DNA of 63,558 nt, filler included, from Octopus bimaculoides (Eukaryota): assembly GCF_001194135.2 (NCBI RefSeq). It is 5 parts of 5 records of this genome, joined end to end, with 100 filler letters (N's around TTAATTAATTAA, not from the genome) between each part and the next. Parts side by side here need not be neighbours in the genome. Positions count along the whole stretch, not along the records: positions 1 to 22,118 come from NC_068991.1; 4 more parts are not named here. One strand, written 5' to 3'. Position 1 is the first letter of the stretch; each line of letters starts with the position of its first letter. The notes under the pieces were generated by a model that saw only the letters and a list, made by a program, of their open reading frames with translations, was not told the DNA's origin and ran no database searches. Positions 1-11,617 of the stretch are shown piece after piece. The position numbers and the translations under genes were made by a program.

Positions 1-114
1 TATATATATATATATGTATATATATAATATTATATATGTTCTCAGTTCGAATAGCACAAAAGTAAACTTTATCTTTTATGCTATCAAGGTCGATAAAGGG
101 ATCTAGGACACCTA

Positions 115-432
115 CAATCAGAGTTCATAGGAACCTCTGATCGTAAGTGTCCTAGAACAGGAACTTATGATTGTTGGTACTCCTGATCATGGGAATCTAC
201 TCTCATAGATACCCATGCTCATAAATATCTTAGGTCATAAAACTGAGATCATAAGTATCTATGACTGGTCTCTCTGATTGTAAGTGACCGAGATCATAGG
301 AACTTATTATGATTTATGATCATAGGCACCTCTGATCAGAAGTCTCTAAGGTCACAGAAACTTAGGATCATAGGTAACTATGATCGTAATTATGTACTTC
401 CGATCATAAGTAATTCTTATCATAAGTATCTC
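115..432. repeat. Degenerate ~16-bp minisatellite (consensus approx. TCATAGGAACCTCTGA), about 19 units
   Basis: TCATA(G/A)G...TGA motif recurs at ~16-bp spacing, e.g. tcataggaacctctga, tcataagtatctatga, tcataggcacctctga, tcataggtaactatga. Confidence 0.75.
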
Positions 433-1100
433 TCCCTCTATGACGGCTAAACGAATCAACACGCTGGAAATAGCAGTGAAATCTCCCTGCCGTATTTCGT
501 TTTAATACAAGTATACATCGGAAGATCTAGTCCTGGATATCTGAAAGAAAAATCGGAAAAATGTAGTTGACCGATTTTGACTGAATCTGAGGCTAAACAA
601 GAATCGTTAAATATTCAAGAGGGGATAAGGAGGAGNNNNNNNNNNNNNNNNNNNNNNNNNNNNNNNNNNNNNNNNNNNNNNNNNNNNNNNNNNNNNNNNN
701 NNNNNNNNNNNNNNNNNNNNNNNNNNNNNNNNNNNNNNNNNNNNNNNNNNNNNNNNNNNNNNNNNNNNNNNNNNNNNNNNNNNNNNNNNNNNNNNNNNNN
801 NNNNNNNNNNNNNNNNNNNNNNNNNNNNNNNNNNNNNNNNNNNNNNNNNNNNNNNNNNNNNNNNNNNNNNNNNNNNNNNNNNNNNNNNNNNNNNNNNNNN
901 NNNNNNNNNNNNNNNNNNNNNNNNNNNNNNNNNNNNNNNNNNNNNNNNNNNNNNNNNNNNNNNNNNNNNNNNNNNNNNNNNNNNNNNNNNNNNNNNNNNN
1001 NNNNNNNNNNNNNNNNNNNNNNNNNNNNNNNNNNNNNNNNNNNNNNNNNNNNNNNNNNNNNNNNNNNNNNNNNNNNNNNNNNNNNNNNNNNNNNNNNNNN

Positions 1101-1160
1101 GCTGGCTGGCTGGCTGGCTGGCTGGCTGGATGAATGGATGGACTGACGTATGGATGGATG
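1101..1160. repeat. (GGCT)n/(GGAT)n microsatellite at a gap edge
   Basis: Direct inspection. Confidence 0.9.
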
Positions 1161-2000
1161 GGGAAATAAAAGAAATTCCGTCATCTTTCTGTCTGAAGAA
1201 AACAATGGTAATAAAAAAAAAGAACATACGAGGAAATAATTAAAAAGATAAAAATAAAATGAAATAAAATACACACAAGAAACAAAAACATGAGAGATTG
1301 TATTTAAACAATTAATATAGCTGGCACAAACAAAACCAATTATGTGTAATATGTAATTAATTAAATTGACTTCAATTTGTTGGAAACCTTACATTTAAAT
1401 CAACTGGAAAGATCTTGTTTAAAGGTAAAAGAATTATATTTGAAGAAACCAACAAAGACAGAAAATTAAATGAAAAGAAATAAGAAAAGGCAGAGAGAAA
1501 GTGTAAAAAAAAAACAGCAAAAGAAAAAAAAGAACAAGGAAATATATAAGGAACGAACATTTATGAAGTTCTTAGAATTTTAATCAATTAAGTGTTGCTT
1601 GGCATTCATTTGATATGAAGGCAAAATAACATCATAATTGGAATGGTAACTTTAACTTTCAACATGTCTCGCAGAAATACTACACCCGTGATCAACAAGA
1701 AAAAAAAAATGTCTAAAAAAAAATGCGTGTGGTGGAGGAGAGGAGAGATGAGGAGAGGACAGATGAGAAGTGGAGAGATGAGGAAAGGAGAAGAGAAAGT
1801 GGAGAATGAAGTAGAGAAGGAAGACAGATGCACAGTCACCTATTCACACATACAGACATAGACATACACATGCAAATAGAAAATAAAAGAAAGTAAGGAA
1901 GAAACTTCCTACACAGTCAGACGGAAACCTTCAAGAAGAAGAAAAAGAGGGAGGATGAAGAGGTGGGGGAAAGGTGCAGATAACAATGGTGGCAACAATA

Positions 2001-2220
2001 ATTCTTTCTACTATAGGCACAAGGCCTGAAATTCTTGGGGAAGAGGGACTAGTCAATTACATCGACCCCAGTGCTCAACTGCTACTTATTTCATTAACCC
2101 CCGGAAGGATGAAAGGCAAAGTCAACCTCGGCGGGAGTTGAACTCAGAACGTAAAGACGGACGAAATGTCACTTAGTATTTTGCCCAGCGTGCTAACGAT
2201 TCTGCCAAGATCGCCGCCTT
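2001..2220 (-). mobile_element. tRNA-derived SINE, family A (Nin/Deu-domain-like body)
   Basis: Reverse strand reads aaggcggcgatcttggcagaatcgttag...ttctgagttcaactcccgccgaggttgactttgcctttcatccttccggggg..., with A/B-box-like head and (AAT)n tail. There are many homologous copies in the window. The Nin/Deu-domain assignment is from recalled resemblance only. Confidence 0.85.
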
Positions 2221-2235
2221 GATGGTAGCAGCAGC

Positions 2236-2271
<36 letters not shown>

Positions 2272-2296
2272 AATAATNNNNNNNNNNATAATAATA

Positions 2297-2332
<36 letters not shown>

Positions 2333-2399
2333 ACTGTTTCGAATTTTGGTAAAAGGATCGCAATCTTGATGGGTGTGGAGTGGAGTGGTGTGGTGTGGG

Positions 2400-4790
2400 A
2401 GAAGTTAATTATATCAGCTGCAGTATTTGACTGGAGTTAATGTTGAGCGCGGCACGATTTGAACTCAGAACGTAAAGAGCCAGAAGAATTGCCGTTACAT
2501 GCTAACGAATCAGCCATCTCAGCGCCCTCAATAATGATGATCTATTTTTATTTACCACAGGGGCAAAGATGAGGGAACATCACAAGGACAGCCTACAATT
2601 TGTGTGTGTGTGTGTGTGCGGGGAGGCTTACGTAAAAATTATGGGAGCATCACAAGAAGAGTCTACAATTTGTGTGTGTGTGTATGGGTGGTGGTGGTGG
2701 TGGCTTACGTAAAAATGAGGGGGAAAAGGAAAAAACGGTGAAATAAGATAAACGTACACATAATAAACAAAGTATGTGAAAACGAATTATGCAGGAGAAA
2801 CTCCAACAAGGGCCATTAAGGAACCCCTCAAAAATCCAGGTTTACCTTGACCATCAAAAGCACGAAACTGGCTGCCGTGAGAACAGCCGCCAAATATGAT
2901 GAAAGCTTTCGATTGGTTTCAATCTTAGGGGATATCATGTCGACCTCAATGCTTCAATAGTACTTTATTTTATCGAGTCTGAAGAGATGAAAGGCTAAAG
3001 TTGACCTCGGTGGGATTTGAACTAAATATGTAAAGAGCCATAACAAATATGTCCGGTGTTCTAACGATTTTGCAAGTTCGCCACCTTCTTAGAAAATAAA
3101 AATGATTGTTTTCAAATTTAGCACAAGTCGAGCAATTTTGAGCGGATGGAGATTGGTCGATACAATCGACCTCGGTACTTGACTGGTGACTTATTTTATG
3201 AAACACGAAAATGTTGAAAGGCATATTTGATCTCGGAAGTATTTTGAACTCAAAATATAAAGAATTTGAACAAATACCGCATAGCAGATTCCGCCACCTC
3301 ACCGCCTTCATATAAAATATTATAACAACGAAGACAATGCTGATAACAATGGCAGGATCACATTAACAACTGTACTTAGAGATGGTTCTGCCATCAACAG
3401 TGTGTAATTAGCAAGATGTGTGCGGACATATTTATTGACAAGAGTGTTAAGAAAAGTGTGTTAATTTGTTTCATGCTTTTTTTTTTTAGTATTATTTTTG
3501 TGTCTGTTTAATTAAAATTTATTCATTTACAGTTATTTTCCTTTATTTTATTTTATCTTGGAAAGCTTTATTTATTTAAGACGGTATTTTCAAACAAATT
3601 TAATGACTTCTTGTTCTTGTTCTTCTCTTGAAAAAAATTATGTGATCATATTTCCAATTTATTATAGCAAATAATGTCGAACAAGAGATAGGTTTGCAGC
3701 TAATACAATCAGGCGATCATGTTCGATTAAATTCCCTGGAGATGGTAATTTCATTTTATGTTTATCGCGAATTCTCTTCGAGGAGGAAGAAAAAAATATA
3801 TAACGACACGGTTTCGAAATTCGGTTGTAGGTACATCTATCCTTGTTTATACTGATTTCTTTGTCACTGATCCGTGATAAGAGTGTTGGCTCTTGTAAAC
3901 TGTGCTATGTTTATCACGAGATGATCTATAATAAGACGGGCCGGCGATCAGTCAAAGGTTGTTCTGCTTGGACCGCATAAACACGCTCTAGCAACCATCG
4001 AAAATGCAAAGGGCAATCTGGGGTCTCGGAACGAAACCTATTTTAACAGACTCGTAAGAACATCGATAAAAATGCTCTGCGCTGTTTGTTTCGGCTCTTT
4101 ATATTATGAGTTCATAATTTTGTGCCAAAATCATAAACACTTTTACGTATACCCACAAAGGCGGTGAGCTGGCAGAATCATTAGCAGCGTTTCTACCGAC
4201 TTTAGAGCGTCAAAGTCCACCATGTGAAAGGCAAAGTCCACCACGGCAAAATTTGAACTCAGAACATAAAACCAGATGAAATGCCGCTAAGTTTTTTGCC
4301 CAGAGTGCTCCCAATTCGGCCAGCTCACTGCTTTCCACTCACTCAATAATACTGGTCTATGTCTCAACCAAAGATCTGTTAACCTATACCACAAGGGCGG
4401 CTGTGAGCTGGCAGAATCGTTAGGGCGTCGAAATAAATGCTTTGCAACTCTTTACGTTGAGTTCAAATCCCGCTGAAATTAACTTTACCTTTCATCATTT
4501 CAGTGTCGTTAAAATGAAATACCAGCTTAGTGTTGAGATCAATAGCATTATCTCACTTTCTCCTTTGAAAATTGCTAGCTTTGTGCTTACATCATAAACC
4601 ATCTTAAGTATGTACCTGAAAGGTAGCGAGCTGGCAGAAGCTTTAGAGCGTCGATATAAAGAATTTGCTGTCAGCTTGGATTCTTCGCGTTCTGAGTTCA
4701 AATAATGTCGAAGTTAAAGGGAAGTAATTCGTAATTACTTCCGGCACAAAGCCTCAAATTACAAAAAAAAGGTATAAGGGATTAAATCAA
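2400..4790. mobile_element. Cluster of degenerate family-A SINE copies: ~2400-2530(-), 2960-3090(-), 3100-3308(-), 4156-4215(+), 4225-4335(-), 4394-4615(+), 4617-4790(+)
   Basis: Repeated motifs gagctggcagaatc, ttgaactcagaac / gttctgagttcaaat and gaaaggcaaagtc. Confidence 0.75.
2543..2930 (-). mobile_element. Probable 3'-end fragment of a Tx1-like LINE, with an internal ~70-bp tandem duplication
   Basis: Begins ttttatttaccacaggggc, matching the 3' end at ~37213 (ttttatttaccacaaagggc) that lies downstream of a Tx1-like ORF2 remnant. The unit gggaacatcacaag...gcttacgtaaaaat occurs twice. Confidence 0.4.
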
Positions 4791-5768
4791 GAAGAACACA
4801 AAATTTTTGTCTAAATGCTTGTATATCTTTGGTTATTGGTTTCCATCTGACCAATTCACTGCATGTTCGCGGTAAACATAGACGAGGGAGTAACTGTGTA
4901 ATGTGGGTGGGATAAATAACACAAAGTATTTTTGTCAAAACTTACTGATTTATGACTTTTCGCTATATACGACAAACTTTCAGATATTTTTCGGTCTACA
5001 AAATTTCATTTGGCATCTACAAAATCCTCGCTTTTTTTTTAAAATTTTTCATTTGGCACTCCGTCGTAATATGTCCGTAAAAAGGTAAAAATTATTCAAA
5101 TTTGGAAAAGAATAAACTGAAAAGATAAAAATAAAACACAAAAACAAAAAACTCGAAACTACGATAAAAACGTTTTTCGTTTCAATTCAAATATTAAAAC
5201 GAAACGAATGAATTTATCTGACAACCAAATACATAAAGTAAAATATATACAATGTATATCGTATACGTATATAGTAAACCATGTGTATAATGTACACACA
5301 TATATATGTGTATATGTTAACATACATATATATGCATGTACGTACAAACAAATATGACACTATATGTTGCGTTAAGATACGAATATTTTCTATCTATATT
5401 TAATAACATTTAATTATATTCAATTATATACGTCAGATAATGCATAACAATAAATTGCCAGAAGAAACTGTAGACTAGCGACCATAAATAATAATTATCT
5501 ATCATTAATTGTTTCCATCCGGCTGCAATTATTGTACCGGACTCATCGATCTCAGCACAATAAAAGGGTCTGTTTATATCGTATCTGTTTCTCCCTATCA
5601 TCTCTTCTGATTAATTTATTAAAAAAATAAAAGTGGTTTTAATTCTGTAAATTAAAACTTTATTGATTATACTAATTAATTTTAATTACCAGTTTATTCA
5701 ACCATAGTATACGGCAAAAATATTTATCATTAATTTCAAATCGACATTTATTTATTATATCTTCATTC

Positions 5769-6071
5769 GTGGAGGCACAATGGCCCAGTGGTTAAGGACA
5801 GCGGACTCTTGGTCATAGGATCGCTGTTTCGATTCCCAGACCAGACGTTGTGAGTGTTTATTAAGCGAAAGTACCTAAAGTTCAATGAGTCTCCAGCAGG
5901 GGTAGGTGGCGAACCCTGCTATATTCTTTTACCACAACTTTCTCTCACTAACTCTTTCTTCTTCTTTTGTACCTGTATTTCAAAGGGCCGACCTTATCAC
6001 GCTGAATCTACCCGAGGGTACACGTGTCTGTGGAGTGTTCAGCCACTTGCACGTTAATTTCACGAGCAGGC
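5769..6071 (+). mobile_element. tRNA-derived SINE, family B (OR-like), 3'-truncated
   Basis: Head ggaggcacaatggcccagtggtta...gtttcgattcccagacc has A and B boxes. Colinear with the minus-strand copies at 28551-28926 and 34826-35202. Confidence 0.85.
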
Positions 6072-6257
6072 TCTGAATATTAGTTTATTGAGACAATATT
6101 GGTTAATGGATTTATTTTCATATCGAAGTACGATAAACTGAAAAAAGTTCTTTTTATATTTCACGAGAGGTGCCCAAGGTTGCCGGGTGTGGGAATAAGA
6201 ATACAAGACTTACGGAATGGATCCTTGCGACAATATAAACTTGCATTTAATCGAGAT

Positions 6258-6352
6258 ATCCTTGGCCTGAAGAGTAGCATGCGGTATACACCACGCTTGG
6301 ATATTTACCATTTCCGAGGTTCCGCTTGCTATGAAACATATGTAGCCTGGAT
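6258..6352 (+). ncRNA. Type I hammerhead ribozyme (HHR-1)
   Basis: CUGAAGA 6267-6273. Stem II gtagcatgcgg (6274-6284)/ccgcttgctat (6322-6332). GAAA 6333-6336. Palindromic stem III ACATATGT 6336-6343. GUA triplet, predicted cut 6344/6345. Stem I ggc/gcc plus atcc/ggat. Confidence 0.85.
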
Positions 6353-7354
6353 TTNNNNNNNNNNNNNNNNNNNNNNNNNNNNNNNNNNNNNNNNNNNNNN
6401 NNNNNNNNNNNNNNNNNNNNNNNNNNNNNNNNNNNNNNNNNNNNNNNNNNNNNNNNNNNNNNNNNNNNNNNNNNNNNNNNNNNNNNNNNNNNNNNNNNNN
6501 NNNNNNNNNNNNNNNNNNNNNNNNNNNNNNNNNNNNNNNNNNNNNNNNNNNNNNNNNNNNNNNNNNNNNNNNNNNNNNNNNNNNNNNNNNNNNNNNNNNN
6601 NNNNNNNNNNNNNNNNNNNNNNNNNNNNNNNNNNNNNNNNNNNNNNNNNNNNNNNNNNNNNNNNNNNNNNNNNNNNNNNNNNNNNNNNNNNNNNNNNNNN
6701 NNNNNNNNNNNNNNNNNNNNNNNNNNNNNNNNNNNNNNNNNNNNNNNNNNNNNNNNNNNNNNNNNNNNNNNNNNNNNNNNNNNNNNNNNNNNNNNNNNNN
6801 NNNNNNNNNNNNNNNNNNNNNNNNNNNNNNNNNNNNNNNNNNNNNNNNNNNNNNNNNNNNNNNNNNNNNNNNNNNNNNNNNNNNNNNNNNNNNNNNNNNN
6901 NNNNNNNNNNNNNNNNNNNNNNNNNNNNNNNNNNNNNNNNNNNNNNNNNNNNNNNNNNNNNNNNNNNNNNNNNNNNNNNNNNNNNNNNNNNNNNNNNNNN
7001 NNNNNNNNNNNNNNNNNNNNNNNNNNNNNNNNNNNNNNNNNNNNNNNNNNNNNNNNNNNNNNNNNNNNNNNNNNNNNNNNNNNNNNNNNNNNNNNNNNNN
7101 NNNNNNNNNNNNNNNNNNNNNNNNNNNNNNNNNNNNNNNNNNNNNNNNNNNNNNNNNNNNNNNNNNNNNNNNNNNNNNNNNNNNNNNNNNNNNNNNNNNN
7201 NNNNNNNNNNNNNNNNNNNNNNNNNNNNNNNNNNNNNNNNNNNNNNNNNNNNNNNNNNNNNNNNNNNNNNNNNNNNNNNNNNNNNNNNNNNNNNNNNNNN
7301 NNNNNNNNNNNNNNNNNNNNNNNNNNNNNNNNNNNNNNNNNNNNNNNNNNNNNN

Positions 7355-7434
<80 letters not shown>

Positions 7435-7702
7435 AAGAAAGAGAGAGATTGTGCTTGATAATCCTAAATAATTAACTACCTCCACAATTGAATAAAAGGC
7501 ATGTAGCTATTAGATAATATAATTTCGTTTACTTTATTACATTCTACTTTAAAATAATTAACTTCTTCAATTATAGCTGATACAGCAAATATGCATTTTG
7601 TTCAGTTGAATTAGGATTAACAGGCAAAATCCATACGCCCACTTCTTTTTGAATATCCATCGGCGAGTATCCTCAACACATATATGAATTTATGTGGATG
7701 TC

Positions 7703-8212
7703 TATGTATGTATGTCATTATTCAGTTTATTTCAAGATCTCTTGCCAATAGAGAAAGAAGCGGTTTCTAACCTAGATCCAATGTTCCTTCACAGGGTATT
7801 TTTGTATGTATGTATGTATGTATGTGCAGATTTGTATGTTTTATGTATGTGTTCTCAAGCATATAGTTACATATCTAGACATGCTCATATATATTTAAAT
7901 GATAAACTTCTGGAAAGTTTTACAGATTTTTACAGTTCCAGTGATGGATTGGATCTGTAGTCTTCGAATTTGCTTTCTTCTTTCTGGTTTAGAAAAGCCT
8001 AATTCTTCATGATTAGTATTTAGGCAGTGTGTTACATATCCCAAAGCTCCAATAATTACAGGTACTTGTAACCTGAACTTGTAATCTGTATAGAGTAACA
8101 GCAGATTTCTCAATAGTTCAGCATAGGTGTTCTCTTTTTCACTGATCATCAGCTGTATGTTACCATCCGCTGGGCAGCTAATTTCCACAACTGTGCACAG
8201 TTTCTCTTCTCT
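7703..8212 (-). mobile_element. R4/Dong-like (RLE-type) non-LTR retrotransposon, 5'-truncated: endonuclease C-terminus + 3' UTR + (CATA)n end
   Basis: Translation KLCTVVEISCPADGNIQLMISEKENTYAELLRNL...VPVIIGALG...LGF...GTVKICKTFQKFII* matches the restriction-like endonuclease tail of R4-type LINEs. The 3' UTR is shared with 32545-32862. Confidence 0.8.
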
Positions 8213-8689
8213 TATATATATATATATATCAAAATAAGCAACAAGGATATATAAAGGATAGTGGTACAACAATGCACCAATATTTACTGGAAATAACAGT
8301 CGATAATATACGACGCTATAGTAAAGCTTCACTGTATATATATTGTGGCAAAAATGTTTACGAGCGGCGAACAAAAAAAAATTTCGTCTTACCTGTAAGA
8401 AGAACATTAAATAAATGTACAACCCAGATGTGTGTATATATATATATATATNNNNNNNNNNNNNNNNNNNNNNNNNNNNNNNNNNNNNNNNNNNNNNNNN
8501 NNNNNNNNNNNNNNNNNNNNNNNNNNNNNNNNNNNNNNNNNNNNNNNNNNNNNNNNNNNNNNNNNNNNNNNNNNNNNNNNNNNNNNNNNNNNNNNNNNNN
8601 NNNNNNNNNNNNNNNNNNNNNNNNNNNNNNNNNNNNNNNNNNNNNNNNTATATATACATATATATAATTACGTATGTGCTAACAACGAA

Positions 8690-9170
8690 ACTGGGTTTGT
8701 GATTAATCTTTATATTTTGTATCTTATCATTTGTCTTGCTAGCTTACGTTCTGGCGTTTGCTGAATTTTCTTGAGGACAATCATTTCTTAGTGGTCAGAC
8801 CATAGGTAGTCTTCTTCTAGCATAATGCATGTCCACTTAGTGGTCATCCCTCTTATATGTATGTAATATAATTTTTCTGAATCTTCAGATTTTTCAATAT
8901 ATTAGGCCACTGGTTTTAAATTGATATTAATCAAATTAATATTCAATTTTTCACCCTTATTATTTAAATTTAAATTTATATATATGTCGCTGGGGTATGT
9001 ATGAATATATATGTGTGTGTTGTGTTTATTGTTACATTCTGGATGTTCTACTAACGATGGTGAATCTCTTTTCCTTATCGCAATTTCATATTTAACTATA
9101 TTGCAGTCCCACTGTTGTTCCCCCATTATTTTCCGGAAATAATCACTGAAAAACAAAAACAATGTTGTTC
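8690..9170. repeat. Unclassified dispersed repeat (family Y)
   Basis: 8810-8950 aligns by eye with 57945-58075 (ttctagcata...gtggtcatccc...tttctgaat...cagattttt...ccactggttttaaattga...ttaatattcaattt). Confidence 0.7.
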
Positions 9171-10675
9171 TCATCTATAAAGATGTAATCTCAGTTATAA
9201 TATATACACGCTGCGGCACACTTTACTACGTTGTATCTATATATAACTGACGCAACTCAAAACCACAGTTTTTTAAAATCAGAATCTAAAATGAAAATTT
9301 CATAAAACTTTTCATTGGAAATTCAACAAAGGAGACGACTTATTTGATCTCAAGTCACGTAAACCGAAGATGAATAAATCTGAAAAACACATTTTTTTTG
9401 TCGCTGTAATTTTATACACTTGTAAATTCTATTGACATTTCAAACTGTCTAATAAAGCTATTTATTCTATGATTGTGAATATGAAATTACTCATGGTTTG
9501 AATAAATTATGACCCACATATATATCGTTTTAGATAATACGTATATACAGATATATAGGTACCTACACCCACACACCCACATATATAAACACACACACAC
9601 ACACACACACCCGCACATATATAAAAACAAACACATATAAACACACACAGACACATGAACACCGCATGTGGGTATTTGTGCATATACATATATATGTGTA
9701 TAATGTGTATATATGCATATGTGTGTGTGTGTGTGTGTTACTGTGTGTGTTACTGTGTGTGTATGTGTGTGTCTATGTGCATGTGTGTGGGAGCTTGTAA
9801 CTTGGTGAATAACTTTTTAACATAAATGCAAATATATTAAAATGATATGAAACATTATCTGATAAATAACTAAATACATATAGTATGATTTTTTGTTATA
9901 TATGTGTATGTATATATGTATGAATATATGTATATCTATATATATATTTTTTTCCATACACAAATGTCTACAAGTATATATATATATACGTATATACATA
10001 TGTATATATATATATACAATATATATGTAGTATAATATAATATAATATATATATATATGTACGTATGTTGACGTATATGTTGACATGTATATGTAATCGT
10101 AATATATTATTTATAATAACAATAATAGCTATGGTAATAAATAACATACATAATATCTTTTTTTCTACTTTATAATATTTCTCTTCCTTTTGAGAGAAAA
10201 ATACTCAGATGTCTTATTGCGCTGACCTTCAAATGTGAAGGGGAGATAATCTCATGAATAAAATTTTTCGAAAGACGGTCTGTCTGGAAACGAAAGAACA
10301 ACTGTAGGACACGGATTTTTTTTTACCGCAGTATGCATCATTAGCACAGCAGACCAGATACTTAGATATGTACAAAAATAATTCATATATAGCCCTGGGT
10401 AATTTGCATGATTTAAACGAAAATGAATAAAAGGGACAATTCAGCAAGTTTTAATCCAGTTTTAATCAAGAGCTATGTAGTTGAGCTGACAAGTTTTAAA
10501 AGACATTTTCTCGACGCTTCACGTTGAGGGATCAAACACGGAAATATGTTGTTACGAAATAAACTTGGCCACGACAAAGATATGCTTGCTCATATGGTCA
10601 TATCGTCTGCACTCAATGATTATAAATTAAGAAAAACAGAGAGGAGCCCTTCACATATAAATATGACCTCCTAAT

Positions 10676-11000
10676 ATTGGTTTCAAATTTTGGCACAAGG
10701 TCAGCAAGTTTGTTCAACTGGTACTTATTTTATTGACCTTGAAAGGACGAAAGGCAAAGTCGACCACGGCAGAATTTGAACTCAGAACGTGAAGACGGAC
10801 GAAATGCCACTAAGCATTTGGCCCAGCGTGCTAACGATTCTGCCAGCTCGGACGAAAAAGAAGGCGGCAAGCCAGCAGAAACGTTAGCACGCCGGGAAAA
10901 ATTCTTAGCGACATTTCATTCGTCGTTAACTTCTGAGTTCAAATTCTACTGAGGCCGACTTTACCTTTCGTCCTTTCGATGAAATAAATACCAGTTGAAT
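10676..11000. mobile_element. Head-to-head pair of family-A SINEs: 10676-10855(-) and 10857-11000(+)
   Basis: ...cgtgctaacgattctgccagctcg (minus head) abuts aaggcggcaagccagcagaaacgttagcacg (plus head). Confidence 0.8.
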
Positions 11001-11002
11001 TT

Positions 11003-11187
11003 TATTAATTTACAGAATTATATAAATTGTGGTTAAATTTATATAAATTTACAGAATTATATAAAACGAGGTTAAATTTATATAAATTTACAGAATTATA
11101 TAAAACGAGGTTAAATTTTAAATTTACAGAATTATATAAAACGAGGTTAGATTTTAAATCTACAGAATTTTATAAAACGAAGTTAAA
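11003..11187. repeat. AT-rich minisatellite, 39/36-bp units (ttaaatttatataaatttacagaattatataaaacgagg), ~5 copies
   Basis: Direct tandem repeats; also visible as LNLYKFTELYKTR repeats in the ORF track. Confidence 0.9.
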
Positions 11188-11617
11188 CATATTGGCCACC
11201 TCCGCCTTTCCTTTCAGGGATAGCCACCGCCAAGACCAGGTATTGACTATGTGGATCACCCTGCTCGATACCTCGGCCCAGTTCTTCTCGATTTGGAGGT
11301 CTGGTCCAAACCAAACACCTAGCATCTTAATCGGACCCTCCGTCCAATGTCCCACGACGCTGTCAGGAGGCATCGACTTGCCTCTCCAGGTGCCGAGCTG
11401 CAAGCCGACTGACTTTTCACGATTAACTTTTGCTCCTGCCACCGTCTCGTAAACCTTAATGGCCTTGCTTACCCTCTGTAGGTGATCCATTTCGGTTACG
11501 ATGATGGAGATGTCATCCGTGTACGCTGAATCCGAGTTTCCACAACTTGGCTGTCTCGGGATGCCGCTCAATTTTCGCGGTAATGGCTTAAGAGCCATTA
11601 CATACAAAAGCGCGGAG
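11188..11617 (-). mobile_element. Tx1/L1-clade LINE reverse transcriptase fragment, runs into a gap
   Basis: SALLYVMALKPL...SAYTDDISII (YADD-like)...GAKVNREKS...LGVWFG...WSWRWLSLKGKAEVANMF is typical L1/Tx1 RT and thumb sequence. Confidence 0.85.

Noticed and set aside
3668-3744. Short plus-strand AG...GT open segments (also 10332-10398, 12457-12555, 36954-36994)
   Set aside because: Splice-like signals are present, but the peptides are unrecognisable and the phases do not chain into a convincing gene; needs RNA-seq.
5769-5845. tRNA-like sequences at SINE heads
   Set aside because: They continue into SINE bodies and lack a complete cloverleaf, so they are not called as tRNA genes.
6099-7485. 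Long ORFs in the track (also ~14.0-15.3, 17.0-17.9, 22.5-23.5 and 29.2-30.4 kb)
   Set aside because: Their length comes from N runs and (TA/CA/GA)n translations such as YIYI, HTHT and CVCV.
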